Part shown: positions 21,161 to 31,381 of the stretch, piece by piece
How positions within the stretch are numbered: the first letter of the stretch is position 1
How the letters are laid out: the number at the start of each line of letters is the position of its first letter
NCBI GenBank assembly: GCA_046045965.1
Contig: JBJOKS010000026.1
Coordinates: 20,141 to 84,140 of the forward strand
Length of the DNA: 64,000 nucleotides
Direction: 5' to 3'
Source: Cyanobacteriota bacterium
GTDB lineage: Bacteria; Cyanobacteriota; Cyanobacteriia; Cyanobacteriales; Nostocaceae
Notes under the pieces: generated by a model
Seen by the model: only the letters and a program-made list of their open reading frames with translations
Told to the model about the DNA's origin: nothing
The model's database searches: none
Translations under genes and position numbers: made by a program

Positions 21161-21489
21161 TTTGGGAATTCAGAATTGGGAGTTTGTAGTTAGCAATGGG
21201 GTATCAGGTAGGATCATTGTTAAATTAGCTGCAAACGCCCCTGGCTACAAGTTCCCTACCTCGCTTAACCGAAAATTTAACTTGAGGGAGCAAATATTTA
21301 TGCTGTCTTTACTGACAAACTCAGTAATTTTCCGGTTGAAGCTGTAAACTGGTGATATGAACTTCTTCCATAGCAATATGGAGAATAACATTCATCTAAG
21401 CATTGTTGAAACCGTATTAATTCGGTTGACACTACCTTATTTACGTATGAAAAATGACTTATACCCCAATTTGTAAACGGTAATCAAAG

Positions 21490-22851
21490 GTGAAAAATTG
21501 GACGAGTTCTGAATCTGAAAAAACTGTGGAACAAACACCCTCAGCAAAAGTGTATGGTGGTAGACGAGAGTACCTGCACAACTACCACGACTGTTATCAA
21601 GAAGAACAGTGGATATATCAGCATCTGCTTCATTTGGTACAAATGGAATCTCCAGACCAAATGATTGAACGTTTTCGTGCGCTCTTTGTTGAACGTGCGA
21701 ATTATCCTGAGCCAGAAATTATCCCAATTCTAGACAAAATTACAGCTTCCAGGACAGCAACAGAAGATTTTAAATTTTTCCTCAACCGTTGTTGTCACAT
21801 TTTAATTAACCGCTGGTATATGCAGCCTCAATTTCATTATGCTATTAGGGAGTTAATTGGCTTATTTGATTTACCACTGATTAGATTAACAGCAGGTAGT
21901 TTACGTACGCGAGAAATTAGGCGCTTGCGCGAGCTATTGCAGATTTTTACTGAAAGTGAGCAGTATGTAATCTTACGGCGATTTTTGCAATTAGTGAATC
22001 ACACTCCTAATATAAATAGCCGCAAAGATAATCAGCCTTTAATGAATTTGATTAGTCGCTATCCCTATTTATATGAACATTGTTTAATTAGTGAAGATTC
22101 GACTTTTGAACAACAAGAAACAGTTAGAAACTTTCAAGCACAGGTACAAAATAAATTTGAAATTGATTTGTCACAATACATAACATATAAAGTACGTCGA
22201 GTTCAGATTTTAAGAAAAGTTCCCCCATCTGAAGCCAATCGGATTTTACGCCCTATAAATAATCCTACATTGTTAAATGATAGTGATCTCTACAGTAGCG
22301 TAAAACAATTTATTGGTAAAAGTGAAGGTAACTATACTTACCAAGAAAGAGCGCAGCAGTTCTTAAAATATACTAGTCCAACTGCCAAATTCCATGATTT
22401 TAAGGATGATTTATATGAATATTTAATATCCTCAATTGATGGAAAATATGGTAAACGCCAATTTAACCAACGTTTATACACTCATTTACAAAATACATTA
22501 CCGGATGCTGATCAGCAAAAGATCAATGATTTCTTGATTGTGAGAACGTGCAGTCAGCTATTAAACTTTTTAGTTGTCAATAGCCAAGCCTCACCGCAAC
22601 ACTCAACCTTTTTAGATTTAATTAGTAATCAAGGTTCCCTACCCACCATTGGCTTGTTACTAAAAGTGGTGTTAATCTGTAATAAAGTTAAACCATATTT
22701 AGAAAAAAGAGTGGCAATTTTGTTCAATCACTATGAAAATGCGACTACTGATGCTATTGATTGGTTAGTGGGAACATTAGAACAATTAAATATTGCGATG
22801 AGCATTCACTTTGGTAATATTGATTTATCGTTTTTTAAGAGATTTTGTTAA
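21490..22851 (+). CDS. Conserved cyanobacterial helical hypothetical protein
   Basis: 453-aa ORF with FLNRCCHILINRW and RYPYLYEHCL blocks; function not recognised. Confidence 0.75.
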   Translation: MKNWTSSESEKTVEQTPSAKVYGGRREYLHNYHDCYQEEQWIYQHLLHLVQMESPDQMIERFRALFVERANYPEPEIIPILDKITASRTATEDFKFFLNRCCHILINRWYMQPQFHYAIRELIGLFDLPLIRLTAGSLRTREIRRLRELLQIFTESEQYVILRRFLQLVNHTPNINSRKDNQPLMNLISRYPYLYEHCLISEDSTFEQQETVRNFQAQVQNKFEIDLSQYITYKVRRVQILRKVPPSEANRILRPINNPTLLNDSDLYSSVKQFIGKSEGNYTYQERAQQFLKYTSPTAKFHDFKDDLYEYLISSIDGKYGKRQFNQRLYTHLQNTLPDADQQKINDFLIVRTCSQLLNFLVVNSQASPQHSTFLDLISNQGSLPTIGLLLKVVLICNKVKPYLEKRVAILFNHYENATTDAIDWLVGTLEQLNIAMSIHFGNIDLSFFKRFC

Positions 22852-22861
22852 AAGCAGAAGA

Positions 22862-22887
22862 ATGGCTAACGCCACGCTTCGCTATCA
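22862..22887 (-). repeat. 26-nt small dispersed repeat, copy 1
   Basis: Reverse complement TGATAGCGAAGCGTGGCGTTAGCCAT matches 31732-31757. Confidence 0.7.
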
Positions 22888-22919
22888 AGGAGTGAGGAGG
22901 TTCTTCTTCCCAGTCCCTA

Positions 22920-23771
22920 TTACCTATTCTTAGTAATTGGCATTGAGTGTGATTTTGCAGGATTAAAAGTAGAAAATTCACAGATTGAGTTAAACGGACA
23001 AAAACGGCAGTGATTACCGGGATTCGGGGGAAAGATATGATTAAAGTTACTGCTTCTGTCTGCATATTTTTGTAAATCAAGTTGGTGTTTATTCGCTACA
23101 TTAGCCAACTCCAATTCCAGAGATGTTAACTCATGATTATTAATAGTAATTATCTCAGATTTTTGACCAACTTCCAAATTATAAAATGATGCGACAGCCG
23201 TTTTACCGGGATAAAGATAACGTGCGGCTAATAAATAAACCAAAGCTTGTCGTTTATCAAAAGCGGACTTACCAGTTTTAAAATCTAAAATATGCAAAGT
23301 GCTATCAGAATCAATAAACACACAATCCATAGCTGCATATAACCGAAAACAATAATTAGCTTGTTCAATAAAAATGGGTTTGGGAAAACCTTCATCACCA
23401 GGCGTTAATTGCAGAATGCGTTTACCCAAAAGTAAAGGTGATTTTTGATATTTTTGTAAAATTTGTATTACCCGTTGCTTAACTTGAAAAGTGAAGTTAC
23501 TGAGTTTCAGTGACTGAGCTACTTTTTCCACCCCATCAGACTGAGTTAACCAGTTAAGATGATGATGAAATTCATAGATACCCTTTTGAGCTAGGATACC
23601 TATACGCTGCGGTGGTGTAGCTTGTGCTAATAAAGCTTTCACCTCTGGTTCGTGTTGTCGAGCTTTAATAAATCCCCTTCTCATTTGACAATGCCAATGT
23701 TCTTGCCCTCTTGCGGGGGCAATTAAGGACCAAAGGTGGTAACTTACAAAGGGTCTAGCGGGGGTTGACAT
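22920..23771 (-). CDS. PD-(D/E)XK nuclease family protein (RecB/Cas4-like, probable Fe-S cluster)
   Basis: AAMDCVF..ILDFKTG..Q..VY motifs; N-terminal Cys plus C-terminal CRFCPFNSIC. Confidence 0.85.
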   Translation of the reverse strand: MSTPARPFVSYHLWSLIAPARGQEHWHCQMRRGFIKARQHEPEVKALLAQATPPQRIGILAQKGIYEFHHHLNWLTQSDGVEKVAQSLKLSNFTFQVKQRVIQILQKYQKSPLLLGKRILQLTPGDEGFPKPIFIEQANYCFRLYAAMDCVFIDSDSTLHILDFKTGKSAFDKRQALVYLLAARYLYPGKTAVASFYNLEVGQKSEIITINNHELTSLELELANVANKHQLDLQKYADRSSNFNHIFPPNPGNHCRFCPFNSICEFSTFNPAKSHSMPITKNR

Positions 23772-23886
23772 TGCTCAGGTACAGTGAGAGAAATTACCTT
23801 GGGGATACTTGCAGCACAGTGGCTAAACAGTTGCTTTGCGGGATGCTTCCTAATAGTAATGATGATGCACGGGAGAGAGTGGCAAA

Positions 23887-25314
23887 ATGAGTAACCCTGA
23901 CAATTCTGGTAAAATAAAATTTGGTACTGATGGCTGGCGCGGAATAATTGCCGATGATTTTACTTTTCCCAATGTGCGGAAAGTAACCAGGGCAATAGCT
24001 AGTTATCTGGAAACTGCCTACACTAAAGACAGGCCAGTTTTAATCGCCTATGATACAAGGTTTTTAGCTGATGAATTTGCGCGGACATCTGCTGCGGTTT
24101 TAGCTGATTTAGGGTGGAATGTGAAAATTACGGATCGGGATTGCCCGACACCAGTAATTGCCTACAATGCGCGACATTTGAATTCCGCAGGGGCTTTGAT
24201 GTTTACTGCTAGTCATAATCCTGCACCTTATTGTGGGATTAAATATATCCCAGACTACGCTGGTCCTGCCACTCCTGAAATTACTGATACTATTGTGGCC
24301 AATATAGAAACGGCATCGGATGAGTTACCAGGAAGTAACCCATCTGGGACGATTTCTACTTTTGATCCAAAGCCTGATTATTTGCATTTTATCTACACCT
24401 TGCTGGATGTGGAAAAAATTAAAAGTGCGAATTTAAAGGTTAAGTACGATGCTCTCTATTCTACATCTCGTGGCTATTTAGATGAGGTGCTGCAACAGAG
24501 TGGTTGTCAGTTAGAAAGTTTCCACACTTGGAGGGATGTACTGTTTGGCGGTGGGATGCCAGAACCCAAGGGAGATCAGTTGGTTGAGTTGGTGGAAGCT
24601 GTTAAGGCTGATAAAGCTGATTTGGGTTTAGCAACGGATGGAGATAGCGATCGCTTTGGTATTGTGGATGAACTAGGAAATGTTCTCACTCCCAACACAG
24701 TGCTGTTAGTTTTAGCAAGGCATTTAATCAAAAACAAGGGTAAAACAGGCGCAATTGTGAGAACTGTAGCGACTACTCATTTGTTAGATAATTTTGCGGC
24801 TAAAAATGGTCTGCAAATTTATGAAACTGCGGTTGGGTTTAAATACATTGGTGAGAAAATGCGGGAAACCGCTGTTTTGATTGGTGGTGAGGAATCAGGT
24901 GGTTTGAGTATTATTGGCCATATTCCTGAAAAGGATGGGGTTCTAGCTGATATGTTGGTAGCTGAGGCGATCGCTTATGAAGGTAAACCTTTAAGTGTGT
25001 TGGTTCAGGAAGCTATTGCAGAAGCTGATGGTCCTTTGTATAACAACCGCTTGGATTTACATCTTACCGAGTCTCACAAAAACGCTGTAATTGATGCTTA
25101 CACCAAAAATCCTCCTTCCGCAGTAGCAGGAATTAAGGTGAAGGAAGTGGGAAGAAAGGATGGTATTAAACTGTATTTAGAAGAGGGTAGCTGGGTCTTA
25201 TTGCGTCCTTCTGGTACAGAACCTTTGGTGAGGGTGTATATGGAAACTAACTCACCGGAAAAACTTGGTCAAATTGCAGCAACAATGGAAGCTGAAATTG
25301 CTAAGTTAGGATAG
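23887..25314 (+). CDS. Phosphoglucomutase/phosphomannomutase family
   Basis: FGTDGWRG, TASHNP, DGDSDR, GGEESGG, RPSGTEP. Confidence 0.95.
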   Translation: MSNPDNSGKIKFGTDGWRGIIADDFTFPNVRKVTRAIASYLETAYTKDRPVLIAYDTRFLADEFARTSAAVLADLGWNVKITDRDCPTPVIAYNARHLNSAGALMFTASHNPAPYCGIKYIPDYAGPATPEITDTIVANIETASDELPGSNPSGTISTFDPKPDYLHFIYTLLDVEKIKSANLKVKYDALYSTSRGYLDEVLQQSGCQLESFHTWRDVLFGGGMPEPKGDQLVELVEAVKADKADLGLATDGDSDRFGIVDELGNVLTPNTVLLVLARHLIKNKGKTGAIVRTVATTHLLDNFAAKNGLQIYETAVGFKYIGEKMRETAVLIGGEESGGLSIIGHIPEKDGVLADMLVAEAIAYEGKPLSVLVQEAIAEADGPLYNNRLDLHLTESHKNAVIDAYTKNPPSAVAGIKVKEVGRKDGIKLYLEEGSWVLLRPSGTEPLVRVYMETNSPEKLGQIAATMEAEIAKLG

Positions 25315-25351
25315 GTGACTGGGGACTGGGGACTGGGGACAGAATAATAGA

Positions 25352-25405
25352 TAGCCAGGGAATAAATTCCCTGTCTAAAAGCAAAAGTCCGTTAAAACCG
25401 ACTAG
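25352..25405 (-). repeat. Double-hairpin REP-like element, same family as 6566-6733
   Basis: AGCCAGGGAATAAATTCCCTGTCT..AGTCCGTTAAAACCGACTA is the reverse complement of the 6681-6733 pattern. Confidence 0.7.
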
Positions 25406-25463
25406 AAATATATTATTTAACTCCTGACTCCTGACTCCTGACTCCTTTTTTATATCTAAAATT

Positions 25464-25733
25464 ATGAAAAATTTTGTGAATTTATTTATATCTATAGTTA
25501 TAGCTGGTTGGGTGTTGGTGATCGCTCTTATTTCTGTGCAGAATGCAACACCTGTATCTTTGAAGTTTTTGATTTTTCAATCTATACAAGTTCCCTTTGG
25601 TTTGATGTTGGCTTTTTGGGTGGCTGTGGGTTTGGTTGGTGGGGCGGTTTTAGAGCCTCTTTGGGGTTTGGGTGAGTCGAAATCTAGGGTTGATGAGGAG
25701 GCGGAATTTTTTATTGATGATGAGGATTTTTAA
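25464..25733 (+). CDS. LapA/DUF1049 family small membrane protein
   Basis: Two TM helices around SVQNATPVSLKFL; acidic tail. Confidence 0.8.
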   Translation: MKNFVNLFISIVIAGWVLVIALISVQNATPVSLKFLIFQSIQVPFGLMLAFWVAVGLVGGAVLEPLWGLGESKSRVDEEAEFFIDDEDF

Positions 25734-25848
25734 GATTTTGTTTCTCGCAATCTCCGTCAGGAGATCCCGTAGGATTGGTACACAATTTTTAACGCCTACC
25801 TACTTAATTGATAGTTAAGGATTCACTTCGCAAATTCTCGTCATCTCT

Positions 25849-26868
25849 ATGTCCCAGATATCGCTCCCCCAATCGCTTCAGCCAGACCTACCATTGACTG
25901 CACTTGCACCCATGCAAGATGTAACAAATCTCTGGTTTATGAAAGTCATCGCTCACTACGGCAGTCCTGACTACTTCTTTACCGAGTATTTCCGCGTCAA
26001 TGATACCTCACGGCTCAATCGTCACATTCTGTCAGCAATAACGGAAAATGATACCGGTCGCCCCGTTTTTGCTCAAATGATTGGTGAAAGTATTCCCGAT
26101 TTAGTAAGAACAGCAAAAGAACTCTGCAAATATAATATCGCGGGAGTAGATTTAAACATGGGCTGTCCAGCACCTCGAATCTATCGCAAAAATGTTGGCG
26201 GCGGGTTGCTGCGAGAACCGGAAAAGGTAGATCAGATTTTGGGAGAATTGCGTACTGCGGTGAATGATAAACCTTTAACTGTAAAGATGCGCGTAGGCTT
26301 TGAAAATACAGATAACTTTTATGAAATTCTCGATATAATCAATCGCCACAACATTGATTTGCTGAGTTTGCACGGTCGCACGGTCAAAGATATGTATCAT
26401 GGGGAAGTTAAATATGATTTGATTGCGGAAGCGGTGCGACGGGTTCATTGTCCAGTGTTGGCTAATGGCAATATCAACTCGGCGAAAACTGCCCTGGAAG
26501 TGCTTTCTCAAACAGGGGCTGCGGGTGTGATGGTGGGACGTTGGGCAATTGGGAATCCTTGGCTTTTTCATCAAATTCGTCAGGCTTTGCAAGGAGAGGA
26601 GATCACACCTGTTCCTTTAGCAGAGGTACGCAACTATATTGACCGTTTATGGCAAACTCCCACAGCGTCAACTGTACCAGAGCGATCGCGGGTAGCCTAC
26701 CTGAAAATGTTCCTGAACTACATTGCTTTGAGTGTTGACACTGAAGGTCATTTTCTGCGGCTGATGCGACGGGTGCAGACTGAGGGAGAAATGTTTAATT
26801 TGTGCGATCGCTTTCTTCTTAGTGATCTGACGAAAACTTTCGCCCTAACCCCTTCTTTGAGCCTGTAA
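25849..26868 (+). CDS. dus: tRNA-dihydrouridine synthase family protein
   Basis: LAPMQDVT, DLNMGCP, TVKMRVG, LHGRT, ANGNI, VMVGR. Confidence 0.92.
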   Translation: MSQISLPQSLQPDLPLTALAPMQDVTNLWFMKVIAHYGSPDYFFTEYFRVNDTSRLNRHILSAITENDTGRPVFAQMIGESIPDLVRTAKELCKYNIAGVDLNMGCPAPRIYRKNVGGGLLREPEKVDQILGELRTAVNDKPLTVKMRVGFENTDNFYEILDIINRHNIDLLSLHGRTVKDMYHGEVKYDLIAEAVRRVHCPVLANGNINSAKTALEVLSQTGAAGVMVGRWAIGNPWLFHQIRQALQGEEITPVPLAEVRNYIDRLWQTPTASTVPERSRVAYLKMFLNYIALSVDTEGHFLRLMRRVQTEGEMFNLCDRFLLSDLTKTFALTPSLSL

Positions 26869-27002
26869 TTATGGCAATTATTTAGTTTAACTAGAAATGC
26901 AAACTGGTAAATTATGGGCTGCTAATTTGGGAGATTCGGAATTTGAACCCAGAGAAATCTATGCTTTTAAAGCAGCTAAATACACACTCAAGGCTTACCT
27001 GT

Positions 27003-30000
27003 TCAATCACATCCTGTAATGATAAATGCTGCCCAATAATAAGGATGATGATAAGGCTGTTGCTGAGGTGATAATTTTCTCATGTTATCAATTTGCATCG
27101 TTACATAATTCCTCAGTCTCAAATCCTCTGAATGCAGATTAGAAAGTAAATCTTCGTACCAGGTTATTAATTCAGCAACAGTGATATCTCTCAGCCAGTT
27201 GGTAGCTTCAGATAAAGCCATAACTGGAGATTGATGAACAAGTAATCTGCGGTAAAACTCGATAATGACTAAAGCTGTAGCAGATGATTCAACATTCCAA
27301 ATTGTACTCAAAACATAAGGAACACCCCCACAGAGCAACCCAGTTGCTAAACCCACATATTCACTATTGATATTCTGACTGTTATTACTAACATTCTCAG
27401 AATTGGCAAGAATAAAAAGATTGTAATTGTTAAAAGTCTGTTGACTAATTTCTGCTAAAGTCAATTTATCTTCACCTGCCAAAACCAAAGCAGATTTTTG
27501 GACTTCACTTAAATTATTAACAGCATGACCAGTAAAATGTAAGATGTTGTAATCTGCGACTAAGGCATTTTTTAAGTTATCTTTCGTAACTTGAGAACCC
27601 TGGATATGTTGGGCATTATCAAACATCTTTCTCGCAATTACTGCGGCAAAATCAGCAAATTGTATTTCCTCATTAGCTGCGTTTTCTATATTTTCAACAC
27701 TGAGAAATTTTTGTTGTTGCCAATTTGATAAACCATCGGTTTTTAATTCCAGTCCTATTTGAATACTGGGTAAATAATTGATGGTGTAATTTAGTAAATC
27801 CTCCTGATTTAGAGGGAAAAGAGCGTGAATTGGTAATTTGTGTAAATCACGATGGGGAATTAAAATTAGATTGGTAATACCTTCAAGTTCCTGAATAATT
27901 GTGGAAATATTGAGGATGTTTTGCAGTTGTAACAACCTCTGTTGCATATCCAAGCACCAGGAATGATGTTGGTGATTTTCTATGTCTTGATTTTGGCGAT
28001 ATCCCTGATATTCTTTTTGCCAAACTTCAAGCCAATTTTCAAATGCAACTAGGCGTTGTACTGCTTCAGGTATGCCTCCTATATCTTGTATAGGTGTTAA
28101 TAAAAGTATGGGTGATGGGGCTTCATGTTTAATAATGAAAGTGTGTAAAGACACAGGACTAAGATGCCAGTAAATTATGGCAGTTGAAGAATTGAGTAGT
28201 TGTTGAATCGTTTCATAGTTGGGAGAGTAAATTTCATCACTCCAACCAGAAAGCATTAATCTTAAACAGGTATTTTTGGAATGTTCGGCAATTTCCCAAG
28301 CTTCTACTAAATCACCTGCATCTACAGCTAAATCAACTCCTAATTGTTTCCATCCTGCAAATTTCAAAGCTAGTTGTTTTTTACTTTGTTCAGGACGAGT
28401 TATTTGATTAAGCAACTGTTGTAATAAATCTAGACCTTGTTGTTGTAATTCCTGTGCTGCTTCTGTTTGTCCTAAACCTATAAGCACTTTAGTCAGAGAT
28501 TGCAAAACTTCTAAATGCAATTCGGTAAAATCTGCGGACGTGAGAGTTAACAGTGCTTGTTGATATTCAGATACTGCTTTTTGCCAAAAATAGCGGGGTG
28601 AGGGTTGTTTTTTACCATGTTCGTAATGTGTATTACCAAGTGCTAAATGCAATCTTCCCCAACCTTCAGGATAAGTATCTGGACGGAGATGTTTTAACCC
28701 TTCTTGATAGGTGGCTAATTTACCCTCATAACCGCGCTGATTGAGGGCAGGATTAGATATAGCTATGCTACTGGTTAAACTTAGAGATGCTTTGTCATTA
28801 ATTACATTTCCTACTGCCAAAGCACGACCAAGCCAAGCTTCCCAGTAGTCGAGTTTGATTTCTAAGGCGCTATCATAGCAAGAAATGGCTTCTGGTAATC
28901 TGTCTAAATAAAACAGAGCTACAGCTTGATTATACCAAGCGAGGTGAAAATCAGGTTTAATATGGATGGCTTGTTGATAGGAACTAATAGATTCTTCGCG
29001 TCTGCCTAAATTTTCTAAAGCGATGCCTCGGTTATACCAAGCTAAGTAAAAATCAGGTTGAATAGAAAGTGCTTGATCCCAAGATGCAATAGCTTCTGAC
29101 CAGCGTTTGAGGTTAAATAGGACTACACCCCGGTCAATCCAAACTTCATGATAGTCGGGTTGAATTTCCAAAGCTTGGTCATAAGAAGCGATCGCATCTT
29201 CAAACTGCTCAACTACCCCCAAAGCTACCCCTCGGTAATACCAAGTTTCCTGGTCTTCGGGTTGTAAATTCAAAGCTTGGTCATAACTAGAAATAGATTC
29301 CCAGATCAGCCCTAACTTTAACAAAGCTAAACCGCGACTAGCCCAAGCTGCTTGGTAGTCAGGCTTAAATTCAATAGCCTTGTCAAAAGAAGCGATCGCC
29401 CCATCAAAATCGCCCAACTCCCCTAAAACTCCCCCCCGGTTGTACCAAGCTTTAGAGAAATCAGATTTGAGACTAATTGCTTGGTCATAAGAGGCGATCG
29501 CATCCTCAAACCGTTGTAAATGAAACAAAGTCAAACCTTGATTAAACCAATATTCAGAAGATTCAGGTTGCAGTTTAGTAGCTTGACTATAAAAAGCCAA
29601 AGCCCCCAACAAATCACCAGATTTAGCTTGTTGTAAACCTTGGTAAAAAAAGACTTCAGCCTGGTTAGTGACAGTCAGTTGAAAACTAGGTCGTGGAATA
29701 ATAGCTTGGCGTTGATCGCGCAGTGCTAGTTCCGAAGCAAGTTGCTGGACAAGATTGGTACTTTGCTCCAACCTCACCACCAACTCATCCAAAGTTTGTG
29801 CTACCTTCGGCTCCAAATTAGCCAAAGAGTGATCCCAATTCTCAGCCAAGGGAGAGGCTAAAACTTCCTCTACAGCCTCCTCAACAGTCCCTGGATGATC
29901 TTCCCCTGCATACTCATAAATAACAGCCTCAGAAGTCTGTGCTACCGCATCCTGATGACTCAAATGTTGTCGGTTACTTGTCCAAGACTCCTCCAAGTTG

Positions 30001-30572
30001 ATGGATACTGGTGTGATAATTACAGGTTCTTCCTGATCATGCTGCCATAATTTTTCACCCACATCCCGCAGTAATTGTTGTCCTGGAGTGTCTAAAACTG
30101 GCTGTGCTGGTGGTGTAGCTGCGACCTGTGATGTTTCTAGATTTTCCTCATACCTTTGGGCTAAGAACTCCCGGCTTAACAACTGGATGCCAATTTCCGA
30201 GGCCAGTTCACCAACTTTGCCAATATTGAGTTCGCCCAATTTTACCATTCGCGTTGCTATCTGACTATTTGGCGCTGGTGAAGACAGCAACTTTTCACCA
30301 AATATCAGCAACCAATCGATCCAACGCTCAACAGTGATCCGGGGTTCCATCCGCTGCAAATACTTCAGCGCCCATTGTTGTCCCCGTGCTTGATGTACAC
30401 CTTCAAGCAACTCGTTAAACAATACTTCTAGATCCGCATTGCTTAATTCCGGTAGAGACTCCACTACCTCATGACCTTTAGCGCCGTCGAACTCATGAGT
30501 CCGACGACTGTCAGAGGGGTACTTAAAAAACTTGTTAAGCCACTGCAATAGCCACCTGAGCATTTGCCACAT
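27003..30572 (-). CDS. TPR-repeat + CHAT (caspase-like) domain protein, catalytic Cys replaced by Ser
   Basis: About 9-10 TPRs (AWYNRG..AIASYDQAL); CHAT motifs LILIPH..LPIHAL, ILHFTGHA, VLSTIWNV, HPYYWAAF. Confidence 0.9.
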   Translation of the reverse strand: MWQMLRWLLQWLNKFFKYPSDSRRTHEFDGAKGHEVVESLPELSNADLEVLFNELLEGVHQARGQQWALKYLQRMEPRITVERWIDWLLIFGEKLLSSPAPNSQIATRMVKLGELNIGKVGELASEIGIQLLSREFLAQRYEENLETSQVAATPPAQPVLDTPGQQLLRDVGEKLWQHDQEEPVIITPVSINLEESWTSNRQHLSHQDAVAQTSEAVIYEYAGEDHPGTVEEAVEEVLASPLAENWDHSLANLEPKVAQTLDELVVRLEQSTNLVQQLASELALRDQRQAIIPRPSFQLTVTNQAEVFFYQGLQQAKSGDLLGALAFYSQATKLQPESSEYWFNQGLTLFHLQRFEDAIASYDQAISLKSDFSKAWYNRGGVLGELGDFDGAIASFDKAIEFKPDYQAAWASRGLALLKLGLIWESISSYDQALNLQPEDQETWYYRGVALGVVEQFEDAIASYDQALEIQPDYHEVWIDRGVVLFNLKRWSEAIASWDQALSIQPDFYLAWYNRGIALENLGRREESISSYQQAIHIKPDFHLAWYNQAVALFYLDRLPEAISCYDSALEIKLDYWEAWLGRALAVGNVINDKASLSLTSSIAISNPALNQRGYEGKLATYQEGLKHLRPDTYPEGWGRLHLALGNTHYEHGKKQPSPRYFWQKAVSEYQQALLTLTSADFTELHLEVLQSLTKVLIGLGQTEAAQELQQQGLDLLQQLLNQITRPEQSKKQLALKFAGWKQLGVDLAVDAGDLVEAWEIAEHSKNTCLRLMLSGWSDEIYSPNYETIQQLLNSSTAIIYWHLSPVSLHTFIIKHEAPSPILLLTPIQDIGGIPEAVQRLVAFENWLEVWQKEYQGYRQNQDIENHQHHSWCLDMQQRLLQLQNILNISTIIQELEGITNLILIPHRDLHKLPIHALFPLNQEDLLNYTINYLPSIQIGLELKTDGLSNWQQQKFLSVENIENAANEEIQFADFAAVIARKMFDNAQHIQGSQVTKDNLKNALVADYNILHFTGHAVNNLSEVQKSALVLAGEDKLTLAEISQQTFNNYNLFILANSENVSNNSQNINSEYVGLATGLLCGGVPYVLSTIWNVESSATALVIIEFYRRLLVHQSPVMALSEATNWLRDITVAELITWYEDLLSNLHSEDLRLRNYVTMQIDNMRKLSPQQQPYHHPYYWAAFIITGCD

Positions 30573-30727
30573 TCTTGGATTTTCTTTCTCCTAGATTGTA
30601 GCTATCGTTGTGTCAAAAAAATCATTTAATCACCTAACAGACTAATCAATTAAGTTGGGAACGCGTTGATCTAGCCACAAAAACTATACAAAACCTGATC
30701 AGTAAATAGAATTTAGTGCTGCTGATG

Positions 30728-31381
30728 TCAATTTTCCGAGGCAGCAGATTCACCAAAGGCCTGTGATTGATGGATCAGTGTCTGAATAATCATTTGTGGA
30801 TCATCAGTTTCAATTCCCCAATCTTGGGTAATTTGCTGGCGCAAGCTCTCATTCTCCTGCAACATCACCAATAATTCATCCCAAGTCACTGTTTGGTATT
30901 CTTCCTCTGGTAAATTCTCATCAGGGGGAAGTTGGCTGACAGCATCTGGTCCGTCATATTCCCAAATAGGTTCGCCTTGGGTGCGCGTCAACAATTGCAT
31001 CCCAATGTCATATGCTAAGTCGCCAACTTCACCAACTCCCAACTCACCAAACTGTACTAACCGCGCTGCTAATTCGTTATTAGGTTTCTTGGATGCTAAT
31101 AATCTCTCGCCAAATCGATTTAGCCAATCTAGCCAGCGTTGAGTGCTGACGCGATGCTCAATTTTATCAAACCAGTTTTGCGCCCAAGTTTGGCCTCTGG
31201 CTTGATGAACTCCTGCTAACAGTTCTGTAAACAGAAATTCTAGATCCGTATCACTCAGGGGTGGTGCTACAGTTTTTTCCTCATCCTTTTTGACTGGGGT
31301 AGGACTATATTTCCTGCCAAACAAACCCTGAAACAATCTTTTCAGCCACTGAATTACCCGCTTGAGCATCTGCTTCACCAT
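30728..31381 (-). CDS. Stand-alone paralogue of the N-terminal domain of the adjacent TPR-CHAT protein
   Basis: LSDTDLEFLFTELLAGVHQARGQ aligns with LSNADLEVLFNELLEGVHQARGQ over ~90 aa. Confidence 0.85.
   Translation of the reverse strand: MVKQMLKRVIQWLKRLFQGLFGRKYSPTPVKKDEEKTVAPPLSDTDLEFLFTELLAGVHQARGQTWAQNWFDKIEHRVSTQRWLDWLNRFGERLLASKKPNNELAARLVQFGELGVGEVGDLAYDIGMQLLTRTQGEPIWEYDGPDAVSQLPPDENLPEEEYQTVTWDELLVMLQENESLRQQITQDWGIETDDPQMIIQTLIHQSQAFGESAASEN

Noticed and set aside
22920..23771. Cas4 as evidence of a CRISPR-Cas locus
   Set aside because: No cas1/cas2, array or effector genes nearby
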